From: Eledone cirrhosa
Lineage: Eukaryota
Direction of reading: 5' to 3'
DNA: 64,000 bases
Assembly (NCBI GenBank): GCA_964016885.1
Contig: OZ024752.1
Span: 30,628,001 to 30,692,000, forward strand
Part shown: piece after piece, positions 14,236 through 28,529 of the stretch
Position numbering within the stretch: position 1 is the first letter of the stretch
Layout: every line of letters starts with the position of its first letter
Translations under genes and position numbers: made by a program
Notes under the pieces: generated by a model
Told to the model about the DNA's origin: nothing
What the model saw: the letters and a program-made list of their open reading frames with translations, nothing else
The model's database searches: none

Positions 14236-14441
14236 ACAAAGGAGTTGTGGTAAGGAACCAGATGGACCATAACGCACCAGAGTACTCAATCCTTAGGGTA
14301 GTAGAGTGGGTAATAGGAAAAAGTATGACCCCACCGGCAGAACTCAAGCTGGCTATTTCTGGACTAAAAATTCTAATTTAGTCCAGAAATAGCTGTCGAA
14401 ACGGCTTGAGCTCTGCTGTCGGGGACATACTTTTTCCTATA
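14236..14441. mobile_element. Fold-back element, copy 1 of a family also present at 43778-43950
   Basis: Shared leader AAGGAGTTGTGGTAAGGAACCAGATGGACC..., then inverted arms AGGAAAAAGTATGACCCC.../...GGGGACATACTTTTTCCT. Inserted in (TA)n. Confidence 0.75.
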
Positions 14442-14737
14442 TATAAAGTCTAAAGTCTGTCTTAAGCCAGAAGGCTCATTTGGCCGGTGCTTATCCCGGT
14501 TTCATGGCGTGAAGCAACAGAGTACAAGACTCCCCCCTGGACAGGATGCCATTCCATCGCAAGGTTAAACCCCCTGCTATTGCTGCTACTCATTCTCAGC
14601 TGAGTATACTGGTGCAACATGAAATTAAGTGTTTTGCTCAAGAACAGAACACGCAACCTAGGAATCGAACCCACAACATTATGATCGTAAGTCCAACACC
14701 CTTACCACTAGACCACATGCCTCCATATATATATATA

Positions 14738-14773
<36 letters not shown>

Positions 14774-15621
14774 CACATACACATGGTGTGTCCAATGACA
14801 GGATATATATCACTACCCACCTCTTCAACCAGATGTCTATGTACTGTATCTACCATCTTGTTACACTATAATGTTATACAGTTGTTTTAACTCTTCTACT
14901 GATATCAATAATTTCACTGATCAAACTGGAACACAACCTTCAAACATATTTGATTATATTGATCCCAGTTCATTGCCTTTTATTATTTTCTATGCTAGAC
15001 TGGGACATATTCTATCAATATTTTATCAATATGAAATATTGATAAAATATGAAATACAAAGAGATGAAATACAAAGTTGGCTTAGGTAGGATTTGAACTT
15101 GGATCTTAAAAGGGCATAATGAAATAGGGGAGAGAATGTTACCCAATACTTTGTTGATTCTACCAAATATTGTCAATCATCATCATCATTCTCGTCGTCA
15201 TTGTTATCATCATCATCATCATTTTTACGTCTGTTGTTTGTTGCACGTTTGCATCAGTTGGACGGGTCCTTCTCAGCACGGCATCTCTCCACTCGTCACA
15301 TTCCTTTGTCATCTCTGTGAGTCTCAATGATTTTAGGTCAGCTCTCATTTCACCACCTCCACCCAGGTCTTCCCTGGTCTTCCTCTGCTGCAGCTTCCTT
15401 CCACTAGGATCTCCTGGCACTTCTTCACCAATCTATCATAATAATTCTAGCAAGTAATTCTATATCTTTAGTAGGTTTAAATCAGTGTGAAAGGGGAAAA
15501 ATTAAAAAATTTCAAAGGATTTTTCAAAAATTTTTCTAAATTTTTATTTTTATATTTCAAGGTTTTTTTTGTGTTCTTTTAAAATTATTTCAGTCTTTTT
15601 TTTTTCTTTTCTTCCAGAACA

Positions 15622-15751
15622 ATGTTGAAAGGAGTGGCTGATTTTTTCTTTGGAACTGGCTCAGCAGATTCAGAACAACAATGCAAAGAACTCAATATAA
15701 AAACTCATGTAACTGAAGAAGACTGGATTTTTGTTGAAACTCAAACTCAAG
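15622..15751 (+). CDS. TP53INP1/TP53INP2 (DOR) family autophagy adaptor, coding exon 1
   Basis: Acceptor ttccag at 15612-15617 precedes ATG 15622. Encodes MLKGVADFFFG...TEEDWIFVETQTQ with the acidic W-x-x-V LIR motif typical of TP53INP/DOR. Donor G|GTAAAC after 15751 (phase 1). Confidence 0.85.
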
Positions 15752-15834
15752 GTAAACTATTTCTTGAAACTCATCATATTCTTTCTTATTTATTGAAAGA
15801 AACAATTAACATTTGATTCGAATATATATATGAC

Positions 15835-16053
15835 AGTCGATTAACTTTTTCGTCAAATCGGACCGAGGAAACAATATTTCCATTTGTCTTTCTAATTGCT
15901 AATACTCTCTATCGGTTGCAAATCCAGGTAGAAGTAGCATCATGAAATAAAGTGTCTTGCCCAAGGACATAACGCATTGCCCAGTCCAGGAATCGAACTC
16001 ACAACTTCACGATTCCGAATCCAATTCTCTAACCATTCAGCCACGCACCTTCA
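15835..16053 (-). mobile_element. tRNA-headed SINE, third tail type (also at 4316-4527)
   Basis: Closely similar to 4316-4527; tRNA-like head on the - strand. Confidence 0.7.
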
Positions 16054-16065
16054 TATATATAGATA

Positions 16066-17412
16066 TGTTTCTTTATTAGCCACAGGAGCACAAAAGAAGG
16101 GGACAAATACAAAGGGGGAAGTTTACATACAATAAAAACGTGTAAAATATTATCACAAATGCAATTTAAAAATTAGTCAATTTTCCCCAATAGGGGGAGA
16201 CAATTCATATGGGTAACACATACCCCCCCAAAAAATGTGCAACCCTCATCTCCAGGAGTACAAAGAGTTTGTACTCCTTCCCTCTCCTCCTCCTTTTCCT
16301 CAACCTACAGGCTGATATAGAGAGAAGGCCCATTCACTCGGGCCATTCTCGCCACTTTCACCCACCTTTCATAAAACTTGCTGGGGTACAGCACCTCTCT
16401 CTCCATCCTGATTCTTCTTCCAAAGTGGTATTTGAAAAAAAGAATCAGTTGTTGGCCGGAGAGAAAGGTGTCTGACCTCAGCCCTTTCAACCTTGTCCAC
16501 CATACAACCTCTTTCGCCATAGCTATCACACAAAGGAAAACCGCCTCTCCTTCCTTTTTGAAGGAGGGTGGCGGTTTGATCATGACAATGGACTCGGTGG
16601 TCAACTGGATTGGTCCCACCCGCGACAATAGTCGTTCTACATAGCCCCACAGGTCGGTGACGCCCGGGCAGTGTATGAATGCGTGTGTGACGGTTTCTTC
16701 GTCTCGCACGCACCTCGGACAGTTCTTTTTTGCAGGGTCCCTGCCCGGGTGCCCATGTCTGTAGAGCTTGTCTCGAACTGGTAGAGCTCCTCGGTAGCAC
16801 TGCCAGGCCAGGGACTTTTGGAAATTGTCCATCGGTCCCGGGCGGAAGGTCCTACCGAACAGACTGGCCAGTTCATCTTCCTCTACGCCTAGAGTTTTAC
16901 CGAGCGCGTCGTCGCACTTGCTGCGGATCAACCTTCTATAGAATGACGAAGTGGAGTCTCCACTGATCGCCGGGTCCACCTGCCAGAGGGCTGTGAGCAC
17001 CTGAGCACATTCGATGTGCCAGTCGCCCATTTTCCTCGGTCTTTGCTTGACCCAGGACTGCAGCTCGGTCAGCGAGACGAGTCGTGGGAAGGCTCGCCTC
17101 ACGAACGGGCCCCACACCGGTTGTCCGGTGAGGAATACGTAGAGATGCCGCAGCCCGAGCGCGTGTTTGAGCATCGTCAGCTATGGCATCCCCTGCCCTC
17201 CGTTGGAAGGGTGTTGGCAGTAGATGGATCTTCTCACCAAAGGAGCCCGCCTCTTCCAAAGGAATTGGAAGAGCGCGCGCTCCATTTTTGTGAGCGTTTT
17301 GGCTGGGCAAGGAACGACAGTCAAGCGGTAGTAGATGGCGGATGCTATAAAAGTGTTCGCCACCTCCGCTCGACCTTTCAAGGATAGTTTTCACTCGGCC
17401 CACTTCTGGGTG
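16066..17412 (-). mobile_element. 5'-truncated L1/Tx1-type LINE (RT C-terminus, zf-RVT region, 3'UTR) in the TP53INP intron
   Basis: W..KLSLKGRAEVANTFIAS..YYRL..GGQGMP and ALPVRDKL..CPRC..EETVTHAFIHCP. Two in-frame stops. Ends with AATAAA next to a TA/TAGA repeat. Confidence 0.88.
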
Positions 17413-17526
17413 AGTGCATATATAGATAGATAGATATATACACATTTATACATGTATATGTATATATGTGTGTGTGTATATGTATAAGTATGTATATATA
17501 TATGTGTGTGTGTGTGTGTATATATA

Positions 17527-17866
17527 AAAGGGTAAAGACCTCCTTCGGTCACAAATGACCATGGGATTTGCACCTAGAAAGTTCCCCTTTGAGGCACAAG
17601 TGCGGGCAAGATTGTTTATAGAAGACTAGTAGTCATCCATACATACCAGTCTCCTCTCTCCATGCCACTGATGTTGTCCAAAGGAAAGGCAAAGGCCAAT
17701 ACAGCTTGGCACCAGTGACGTCACAACTCATTTCTACAGCTGAGTGAACTTGAACAACATGAAATAAAGTGTCTTGCTGAAGACAACACACAGCCCAGTC
17801 CAAGAATCAAACTCACAACCTCACTATCGTAAGCCCAACGCTCTAACCACTAAGCCATGCACCTTC
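17527..17866 (-). mobile_element. tRNA-headed SINE with another distinct tail
   Basis: Shares head and central TTGAGCAAGACACTT-type domain with the other SINEs; different 3' part. Confidence 0.7.
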
Positions 17867-18758
17867 ATATGTACATATATATTTATAAAAGGAGTGTGAA
17901 GCAGAAATTCCCTAAGGTGCACACAATGGATGCATAGAAGATGTAGTGGGATTATAGGCAGGTTAACAGAGAAGATATGACAAAGTATATGAAGAGTAAG
18001 GAATAAAGGCATGCATGATTGTCTGGGAGGATCCCTAAAAGTTCTTAACAACTTTTGTTACCTAGTTAACCTAATCTATATTATTATTATTATCATCATC
18101 ATCATCATCATCACCACCATCATTTAACTTCTTTTTTCCATACCTGAATGGGTTAGACAGGCTGTCACATGCTGAGGGTTGACAGATCAGGTGACTGTCT
18201 TGTCTGTACACTTCATTTTTGGTTCAGTTTCTATGGCTTGATGCCCTTCCTAATACCAACCACTTCACAGCCTGTCCTTGGAGTAGTTTATCATGGTTTT
18301 GGCACTATCGCCTTTCAGGATGAAATGGGTTTCAATACTGAGTTGATACTTTTTATTGTGGCACCCGCATTTCCACCTCACAGGGTGGAAAGAGTACTTT
18401 TTATTGTGGCACTCGCACTACCACCTTATAGAGTGGACTGGGTGTTTTTTACCATGACACCAACACTATCATTTTACTGGGAACTTTTTATTGTGGCACC
18501 ATCACTACCACCTTACAATGCAGACTCGATAATTTTTATCGTGGCACCAGAATTACCACCTTACAGAGTTGACTAGGTGTATTTTATTGTGGCACCAACA
18601 CTTCCACCTTACAGGGTAAACTGGGTGCTTTTTATCATGGCACCAGCACTACCTCATATATTTAAAATTTCAACTTTCTAATTTTTTTTTTTTTGCTAAT
18701 AAAATATATTTATCTATTAATCTTTTTATATAAATCTATTGTTGATCTCTCTTCCCAG

Positions 18759-19627
18759 ATGCAGTCGACTCACTACCAACTGTGACCTTAGAAACTGCTG
18801 ATAATAATACTGCTTGTGCTGCTGCAACAACTGAAAATATTCTTTTGGATACTGCCAGTTCTAGCCAAGACAGTAGTAACAATGCAAAATGTGATGAATT
18901 GGAGGACATTACTGTGGTTCATCCACATTTAGATTTAGTCCCCATGACAAAAACCTGTACATGGGATACTGCCATCCCTGTTGAACACTCAGTTGTAAAG
19001 CATTCAGATTTTATTTGTATATTCTCAGTCTGTCCAAGTGAGAGCTGGATTGTAGATCCACCAGCTTGCTTTACAGCCAGTCAGAAAGGAGCTGAAGAAT
19101 CTTCAATTTTACAAACAACCATGGAAAATTTATTGATAGAACACCCTAGCATGTCGGTGTATGACTCATATTCACGTAGCATCAATAGTGATGGGGACGA
19201 TGATGATAGTGATGATGATGATGATGATGATAATAATAATAACAATGAAGAGAAAAGGATGGGTGGGGATAATAATAATGATAGTGCCGTCAAGCATATC
19301 ACCACTGTTACTCTTCACCCGGCATCATCTTTTACAAATATTTCACTGCCGTTGACTAGATCTCAGCCTGTGCACAACAACCAAACTAACCGCTGTCCAC
19401 AAAACATTACCAACACTCAGCCACTTTTGACCAAATTAAAAACATACCATTTGATGCTACAGAAACAATGTTATGAACAGAGCCACCATTATAATAAAAA
19501 ATACTTAAATAGAAATAATAAATTGGTTGAATACAGTCACCTGGGTAAAAGGCAGCGCCATCGAGCTCGCTACCAATGTCCTAGCGGTCGCATGAATGGC
19601 AGAATCGGACAAAGAAGAGCTTTTTAA
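18759..19627 (+). CDS. TP53INP1/TP53INP2 (DOR) family autophagy adaptor, coding exon 2 (to stop)
   Basis: Acceptor cttcccag|AT is phase-compatible with exon 1 (G+AT=Asp) and in frame with ORF 18782-19627. Contains the family motifs ESWIVDPPACFTA and MENLLIEHPSMSVY plus a basic C-terminus. Joined protein ~332 aa. Confidence 0.9.
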
Positions 19628-20000
19628 ACACACATTTTTTTCTTTTTCCTTTTTTTTTCCTTTTTTTTTTTCCTTTTTTTTTTCCTTTTGAGTGGGTAAA
19701 TCATAATTTTTTTTTTTTTTTTTTTGTCACTTAAAGTTGTATGATTGACTATTTTGATAGCTAGCTAAATCAATAATAATGTATTGATTATGTTATAATT
19801 TAGTAGCTATGTTTGTACCTTGATGTAGTCTTACTAACTGTGAGAGACAGAGAAGAAAGAATATTTAGTTTTAAACATAAACTCATTGATCTTTTTTATG
19901 TGACACCTGTTTCAAACTATTTTTTTTAATTTATATTTATATATGATGGTGCCCCAGCATGGCTTTAACCAGTTGACTGGAACAGGTGAAAGAGTGAAAG

Positions 20001-20031
<31 letters not shown>

Positions 20032-20048
20032 CATATATATACACATGC

Positions 20049-20121
<73 letters not shown>

Positions 20122-20168
20122 CATATATATACACATATGCATATATATATATATATATACACATATGC

Positions 20169-20199
<31 letters not shown>

Positions 20200-20247
20200 C
20201 ATATATATACACATATGCATATATATATATATATATATATACACATA

Positions 20248-20288
<41 letters not shown>

Positions 20289-20305
20289 GCATATATATAT
20301 ATATT
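20001..20305. repeat. (TA)n compound microsatellite with CACATATGCA units
   Basis: Directly visible. Confidence 0.9.
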
Positions 20306-22954
20306 TATACTGCACTGTATATAACATAAGGTACAGCCCAAAATATAACTACAGACACGTTTTCTTAAAATCCCGATCAAGAGAAATAAGGAATAATACA
20401 TATATACCCAAATATAAACCAATCCCACTATTTTATGTCTGAGAAATGGGCAAAAATCCGAACCTTATTTACGTAGAATTTCAAGTTGGTGAAAAATCAT
20501 CAAAATATTGACCCAAAATATTATGCCAACCCTCTTTCTACCATCAACATTTTTTTTTTGTCACATATCTCTCAGCTTATATTTGAGTAAATTCTGTGGA
20601 AATATTTAGATAGGAAAACATATTTAAAAGAAAAAAAAATATAAAGAAAAAGACTTAATCTGCTTAATTTTCGAGTACATCAGTAATATTTTATTTTTAT
20701 TTTGTAGTTACTTATTTTTAATATTTTAGACAAATATAGAAATATTTGGATGAAATAACTAAGGAAAAAAAAAACTAAAATAAAAACAAAACAAAAATAT
20801 CTAAAAATATAAAACTTTTCAAGAAGTAATTGTCAACATGTTTTAACATTTTTGATTTTAATTTAAATTATTTCTGCCCACCCCCCACCCCCATAATCTA
20901 TAATGGTTCTAAAAACTGAATAGTTTAAATAACAGTATCTTATGAAATATTTCTTCTTCTTCCTCCCTCCCTCTTCTTCATCTCTTTCTTTGCTGCTGCT
21001 ACTACTACTACTACAACTAGTACCACAACAACTACTACTACTAATAGTATTACTACTACTAATAGTATTACTACTACTACACCACCACCACTACTACTAG
21101 ATGTCTAGATGTGTGTGTGAGATGTCTAGATGTGTATGTGTGTGTCTGAGATGTCTAGATGTGTGTGTGTGTGAGTATAAAATATCGTCACACACCTCTT
21201 ATTGGAAGGATTCCATCATTATTTAAAATGTAACGAATTCTTGGAATATTAAAGTTATTTAATGAGAAGCAACTTAACACTAAATATGAAAAAACTGACC
21301 ACAATATTAACAATGGTGCCAGTAGGACTAAAATAATTTCTCCTAATGAAAGCAGCAAGTTTAATGAAGTAATGTGCAACACAATATTTCTCATTAAAAT
21401 AGAAGTTAAAATAGAATTCGTAAAATAATGAGAATTCCTCAATGCAAGGAAGCTGTTAAAATAGCTTCAAATTCGATATTCGAGATAACTTTGTTTAGAA
21501 ATAAAATAATTTCTCCCTGTTCTAAATTCTGAAATAAATAACACCAAAGATTTCAAAATGATTGGAGTCTAAAAAGAAATAAAAATTGAATGTTAGAAAT
21601 GAATTCAGGACTTTGGAGGGTGTGTCTATAAAGATACTACTTCCATTACTACTAAATATTATATATATATATATATTTATACATATATATATATGAAAAG
21701 AATCGGGGCCCCAATGGCTGAGCTCTGGCCATTTTGACAGCTAGATACGAACTGAGGGTTAGGGTCCATCTGGTATTTTACCACGCCCTTTCTGATATAA
21801 ATATAAATATATATATATATATAAAATAGAAGTTCAGATCTAGGTCTGAAGAGCAGATTGATAATGGAGTCAGGTCCATAACTCCTATGGGTGACCCTGA
21901 GCCAATCCTCTGCAAAACGCGAGTAACAGATCAATATACAATAAAAATCTAAACACATGTAAACGAAACTTCATCGTTATTTTTAATATATATATATATA
22001 TAGATATATATATATATATATATATATTTATATGCAAAGAGAGGATGGAAATGCTTAGTTAAGAAATAACTTTGAAAATTATAATTAGTTTCTTAATTAT
22101 TAGGATTTGAAATATTTTACTGTTGCAAAAAAAAAAAAAAAAAAATAATAATTTTTTAAAGAAAAAAAAAACATAATAAAACATAACGATATTATTATAC
22201 TCAATAAAAAAAAATATACATAAATCAAAAATATTTAAATAAAAAGAATAAATGGTAAAGGAAATACCAAAAAGAATCTATTTGTCTAAATTTTTCAATT
22301 TTTTTAATTATTACTAAAGTACGAAAATGAATTTTAAAAAAAAACAACACTTTTTCTATATAATAATTATTTTAATTTAAGAAATATTGGGTGTGGTTTA
22401 TGATGCTAAAACATTTTAACTTTTGAGGAAATTTAAAGTAAAGTTTTATTTATGTACACTAACACGTAACTATTTGAGATAAGCTTAATGGATATTTCAG
22501 TATGTGTTGTTGTTGTTGTTGTTGTTGTTGTTGATGTTATGTTGAGGTTGGTATTGGTGATGGTAGGGGTCTAACCTCAGATCATCTCTGATCCAATGCT
22601 GACCATCAAGTCTGAATTTTTTTTGGGGGGAGGGGGGGATTTTTCGGACGTAGTGTATCGAGGACTTCACTATGTCAAATGTGTTTTTAAGAAGACAGAG
22701 GGTGATTTGAAGGAGATTCGACAGCTATTTCTAACAGGTCAAACAAATATAGAGATGCTCCCTCATTGATATCAGTGTGTTTGTTTCTCTATGTATGTGT
22801 ATGCATATATGTACGTGTATGTGTATGTGTATATGTATATATATATGCATGTGTGTATGTATGTGTTTGTTTATACACTGTAGTGTATCACATTAGAAAT
22901 TACTCTGACTAAAGATGTCAACACTGACTTTTATTATAACTATGCAACAGATTA

Positions 22955-23341
22955 TGTATATATATATATATAAATACATACATATATATATAATGTATAT
23001 ATATAATATATTATATATGCATATATCTATATCTATATATATATATGCATATATCTATATATGTGCATATACCTATATATATATATGCATATATCTATAT
23101 ATATATATATGCATATATCTATATATATGCATATATCTATATATATGCATGTGTATATATATGTATATATGCATATATCTATATATATGTATATATATAT
23201 ATATATATGCATATATATATATATATATGCATATATCTATATATATATGTATATATGCATATATCTATATGTATATATATCTATGTATATATATGTATAT
23301 ATATATCTATGTATATATATATCTATGTATATATATCTATG

Positions 23342-23374
<33 letters not shown>

Positions 23375-23421
23375 GTATATATGTATGTATATGTATATAT
23401 GTATGTATGTATATGTATATG

Positions 23422-23452
<31 letters not shown>

Positions 23453-23453
23453 G

Positions 23454-23538
<85 letters not shown>

Positions 23539-23693
23539 GTATGTATATATATATGCATATATCTATATATATGCATATATCTATATATATGCATATATCT
23601 ATATATATGTATATATATGTACATATATATATATGTACATATATATATATGCATATATATATATATACACATATGCATATATATATATATATA
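22955..23693. repeat. (TA)n/(TATG)n compound microsatellite
   Basis: Directly visible. Confidence 0.92.
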
Positions 23694-26064
23694 ATCACAT
23701 TTCATTACTTTAATCACTAGGAAAGTTTTTGTAATGTTTTCTATATTTAATTATTTTTTCCTTTTAATTAAACATTTTTTTAAATGAGAGTTTTCATCAT
23801 TTACTGTTATTATACATCATCTATTTTTGTATCTTTTATTAATAATGGCGGTAGATTGGCAGTATCGGTAGAGTGTCAGACAACATGCTTTGTGGCATAG
23901 AGTTCTGGTCCTTTACGTTCTGGGTTTAAATCTCACCAAAGTTAACTTTGCTTTTCATCCTTACGGGGTTGGTAAAATAAAGTACCAGTGACGCACTGGG
24001 GTTGATTTAGTCGACTTTCCCTTCCCCTAAAATTGCTGGCCTTGTGCCTATATAAGCAACCATTATTATTTATATATCTATTTATTTATATATTTATTTA
24101 TTCATCATTTGGAATATATTACAGTTACAGTCATTTAATATGTTAAGAGATAATGTATCTCGGTGTCATTAACATTTTTCACTTGCATTGATAAGCAATA
24201 CTTGCACACACACATGTATATATGTATATACACACATATATATATGTATATATATATATATACATGTATATATACATATATATGTATATATATATATACA
24301 TGTATATATACATATATACATATGTATATACACATATGTATGTATGTATATATATATATATACATGTATATACACATGTATGTATATATATATGAGTGTG
24401 TATGTATGTATACGTGTGTGTGTGTGTGTATGTATAAATGTTTGTGTGTGTATGTATCTATAAATGTATGTATATGTGTTTATTTGTATGTATGTGTGTG
24501 TGTTTAGATGTGTGAAGGATCGTTATCAGATAATTAATTTAAAGCTATTAATTTGTTCCTTTAAAAACAATTTAAAAAATGATATCATCATCATCATTAT
24601 GATGATAATATTTAACGAATTTTCTTTTAAAAAAGTAAAATCTCATCATATCATGTTTTATAAAATACCATTATTTTATTTTGTAAGTTTTTTTTTCATT
24701 ATTTTTATTTTGGAGAAATAATTGCCAAGGATTCTGTTTTGTTCCAATTTTTTTCTTTTCTAGTTTATATATATATATATATATATATGTTTTTTTTTAA
24801 TATATTTTTTCCATATTTATTTTTCAAAAAACAATATTTACTAAATAAATATTAGCAGTTTTATTACAAATAATTATTACTTTAACTTGTTATGATGACG
24901 AAGATGTTTAACAAACTTTCTTTATAATTCATATTATTCCTTATTTTATTTTTGGTTTTTTCATCTTGTATATACATTATTGTTATTATTATTATTTGTA
25001 TGCATGTTTTTTTTTTAGTATAAATGTTTCTTTTATTGAATGTCTCTTTGGATGTTTAAAAAAAAAATTATCAACTTTTGAAATGTAATTCGGTAAACAA
25101 CAAAAAAATATATATATAAGATCAAAAACAAAACAAATAATAAATAAGAAAGATAAAATAAATAAACAAACAAAAAAGGAATAAGAAACACACAAAAAAA
25201 AAATGAAAAAAATAGTAAAAATGAAAAAATTGAACAAAAAATTTTGTGTTGCTTTTAATTCTTGATACATTTCTTAAGATGTAATGTATCACTGTAGAGT
25301 AATCAGGGCTGGATTTATCTGGGATCGGTGGGGTGAATGCCCCAGGGACCCCTAAGGTCTAAATCTGGTCCTGGGTGTAATAACTATCATGGATGGGTCT
25401 GAACTTATTAATGTATAAAGGCGGTGGATTGGCAGTATCAGTAGAGTGTAAGACACCATGCTTTGCTGCATAGTTATGGCCCTTTATTTTCTGAGTTCAA
25501 ATCCTGCCAGTTTAACCTTGCCTTTCATCTTTTCGAGGTCAATTAAAAAAGGACCAGTCTAGTACTGGGATCGATTCTTCCTCTTATCATCTCTCTCACT
25601 TTCTTTTTTTCTCTGGAAGAAATCTACTATACTCAGACCTGGAGAGAGTTGGGCTCCGTCAGGTTAACTTTGCCTTTCATCCTTACAGGGTTGATTAAAA
25701 TAAAGTACCAGTAATGCACTGGGTAATTGCTGGTCTTGTGCCAAATAATAAAAACAATATTATTACTGCATTTTCAGTTTACAACATCCAGTTTTATTCC
25801 TGAAATTTTATGTCAAATTTTCCCTTTATCCCATTATATTCATAACAGAAGTTATGAATATAATGATAAAATATATAATATATGCATGGCTATATTAACT
25901 CCTTTTGATGTCCCCTAAAAAGATTGTGGTCCCCCTGTACCCCAGATATAAAGAGACTAACGAGGGGTGATAAATACATTTAATTTTAATAAAATGGGGC
26001 TCCTCTTTTATTGATGTCAAATTTGTGCTTATTTTGCTTAATGGTTAACCTATCCCTGGATATA

Positions 26065-26352
26065 TGTGTACTATACAAAAGCCATGTATACTATACAAAA
26101 GCCATGTATACTATACAAAAGCCATGTATACTATAGACAAACCATATATAATATACACAAGCCATTTATGTTATACACAAGTTGTGTATACTATACACAA
26201 GTTGTGTATACTATACACAAGTTGTGTATACTATACACAAGTTGTGTATACTATACACAAGTTGTGTATACTATACACAAGTTGTGTATACTATACACAA
26301 GTTGTGTATACTATACACAAGTTGTGTATTCTATACACAAGTTGTGTATACA
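26065..26352. repeat. 20-bp minisatellite GTTGTGTATACTATACACAA
   Basis: ~14 units, most of the later ones exact; resumes at 26912-26968 after the LINE insertion. Confidence 0.92.
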
Positions 26353-26358
26353 ATAGAT

Positions 26359-26911
26359 ATCATCATCATCATTACCGTTTTACGTCCGTTCTTCCACGCT
26401 AGCATGGGTTAGACGGGTTGTCCTGTTGTGGGCAGTGTCTGGTCGGCTGACCATGCCTTGCTCATACAGGACCTGATTTGGCTAGATTTCTACAGCTGGA
26501 TGCCCTTCCTAACACCAACCTCATTTACAGTGAGTGTTGGGTGCTTTTTCGTGGCACCTACACGTCCACTTTACAGTGTGGGCTGGGTGCTTTTTTGCCG
26601 TGGCACCTCCACGACCACCTTGCAGTGTGGGGGCATATTGTCTATATGCTTCAGCTTGCACCCATGGGAGGTCGGGTACTCTGTATTACTGCATGACGCC
26701 AGAGGTCACGGTCGTGTGTCATTGCCTTTGAGAGGTGTAATTGGGTATGGTCGGCTTTTATCACCTCATCCCAGGTTATCTTGGGTCTCCCCACTCCGCG
26801 GTTTCCATCGACTTCTAGTGCTCTGCACCTTTTTATGCAGCTGTCATCCTTCATATGCATCACATGTCCATACCAGCGCAACTGCCTCTCCTGCACACAG
26901 CATTTGATTCA
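26359..26911 (-). mobile_element. RTE LINE 3' fragment inserted in a 20-bp minisatellite
   Basis: ORF 26651-26896 (QERQLRWYGHVMHM..GRPKITW) is homologous to 38937-39374; followed by 3'UTR and (ATG)n tail. Confidence 0.85.
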
Positions 26912-27788
26912 AATAGACAAATTATATATAATATACACAAGCTATGTACATTATACACAAGCTATGTAAAAATATGGCTGTATATTAACTTTTTTCCCCC
27001 CAAACATTTGTCTCCAAAATAATTGTGCATTTTACATTCTGAAAAATATGGTACCTATTAAGACTGGTAGAGTGTCAGAATTAGTTGAGCATCAGAGAGA
27101 ATTACTTGGAGTTTTGAATTCAAGTCTTTTGACTTCTGGGGTTGATAAGATAAAGTACCATTTTCAATCTTCAAGTCAGTATATGTTGTTGCAATTTCAA
27201 AATGTATTTATTTTGGTTAATGGTTCACCCAGTCCTGCCAGCAACTAGACCAGGCTCTGTTGGTAAAATAAGTCCTAGCTCAAAAGTTAGAACCATTACT
27301 CAATTTGAGAAACAATTGAAACATTGTCAACAACATTGAAATACTGGGAAATAGTTTCAAAAACAGCCACCAAAACAATGACAGTCTCCATGTGGTTGTC
27401 TGACCTGCTAGAAATAGCAGCCATATTTCCCTCAAATTAAAGCCCATTGTCTTAAAAATGAAAGAGCATATTAGATAATGCAGTTCGAGAAATCTGAAAA
27501 AATTATGGGAAACAGATTTTTTTTAAATGTGATGTTAAAGAAAAAACAATTTTTTTTTTTTTTCAGATTTTATTTTCTTTATTTCATAACAATAAATCTT
27601 TTGTATAACAATATTTAGTTGGTAATACTAATTAAGTATAATAGTTAGTTGGTAGTACTAGATAAATATCACAATATTTAATTGGTAATACTAGATAAAT
27701 ATAATAATATTTAGTAGTATTAGATAGAGATAACAATATTTGGTAGTACTAGATAAATATAACTATTTAGTTGGTAGTAATAGATAAA

Positions 27789-28012
27789 TACAAGATGTCC
27801 CATAAAAACGTATACATACTTTTATCAGAATGCTGTTGAAGTATGTAAATATTTTGGTGGGACACTGTATAATACTAGTTGGTAATTCTAGATAAATATC
27901 ACAATATTTAGTTGGTAGTACTAGATAAATACAGGGTGTCCCATAAAAACGTATACATACTTTTATCAGAATGCTGTTGAACTAGGTAAATATTTTGGTG
28001 GGACACCCTGTA
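27789..28012. mobile_element. Two copies of an ~80-bp Tc1-like mini-MITE inside a degenerate ~33-bp tandem array (27600-28100)
   Basis: TA-CAGGGTGTCCCA...TGGGACACCCTG-TA at 27930-28012; decayed copy at 27789-27870. Confidence 0.7.
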
Positions 28013-28474
28013 TAACACTACTTGGTAATACTAAAAATAACAATATTTAGTTGATAGTACTAGATAAATTTAACTATTTAGTTGGTAATATTAGATAAGT
28101 ATAAAAAATTACCATTACTCATTACTGGTACTTTATGCCATTGGCAATTAGAAACCATTTTTCTCAATGAAGATTTTATTTTATTATTTCACAGCCACTA
28201 CATAAAATGGTTTCCAATAATCTGTTAAGATTTCTGTTGATGGCAATGTAATTACAAAATGTCTGTGAATTAGATAATTTTCTAGTTTGTGCTGAGTGCA
28301 GAAAAAATAGAAATGGGAAGAAAAAAGGTGTAAACAAGAGAAAACTCATGGCCATGTTGTTAAGAAGTTTGTTTCACAACCTTTGTTGTTTCAGGTTAAA
28401 TATGATTTAATGGAATCTTATATCATAACGATGGGTTAACTGAAGCCATATGAGTGAAATTTCATAAACAGAAA

Positions 28475-28529
<55 letters not shown>

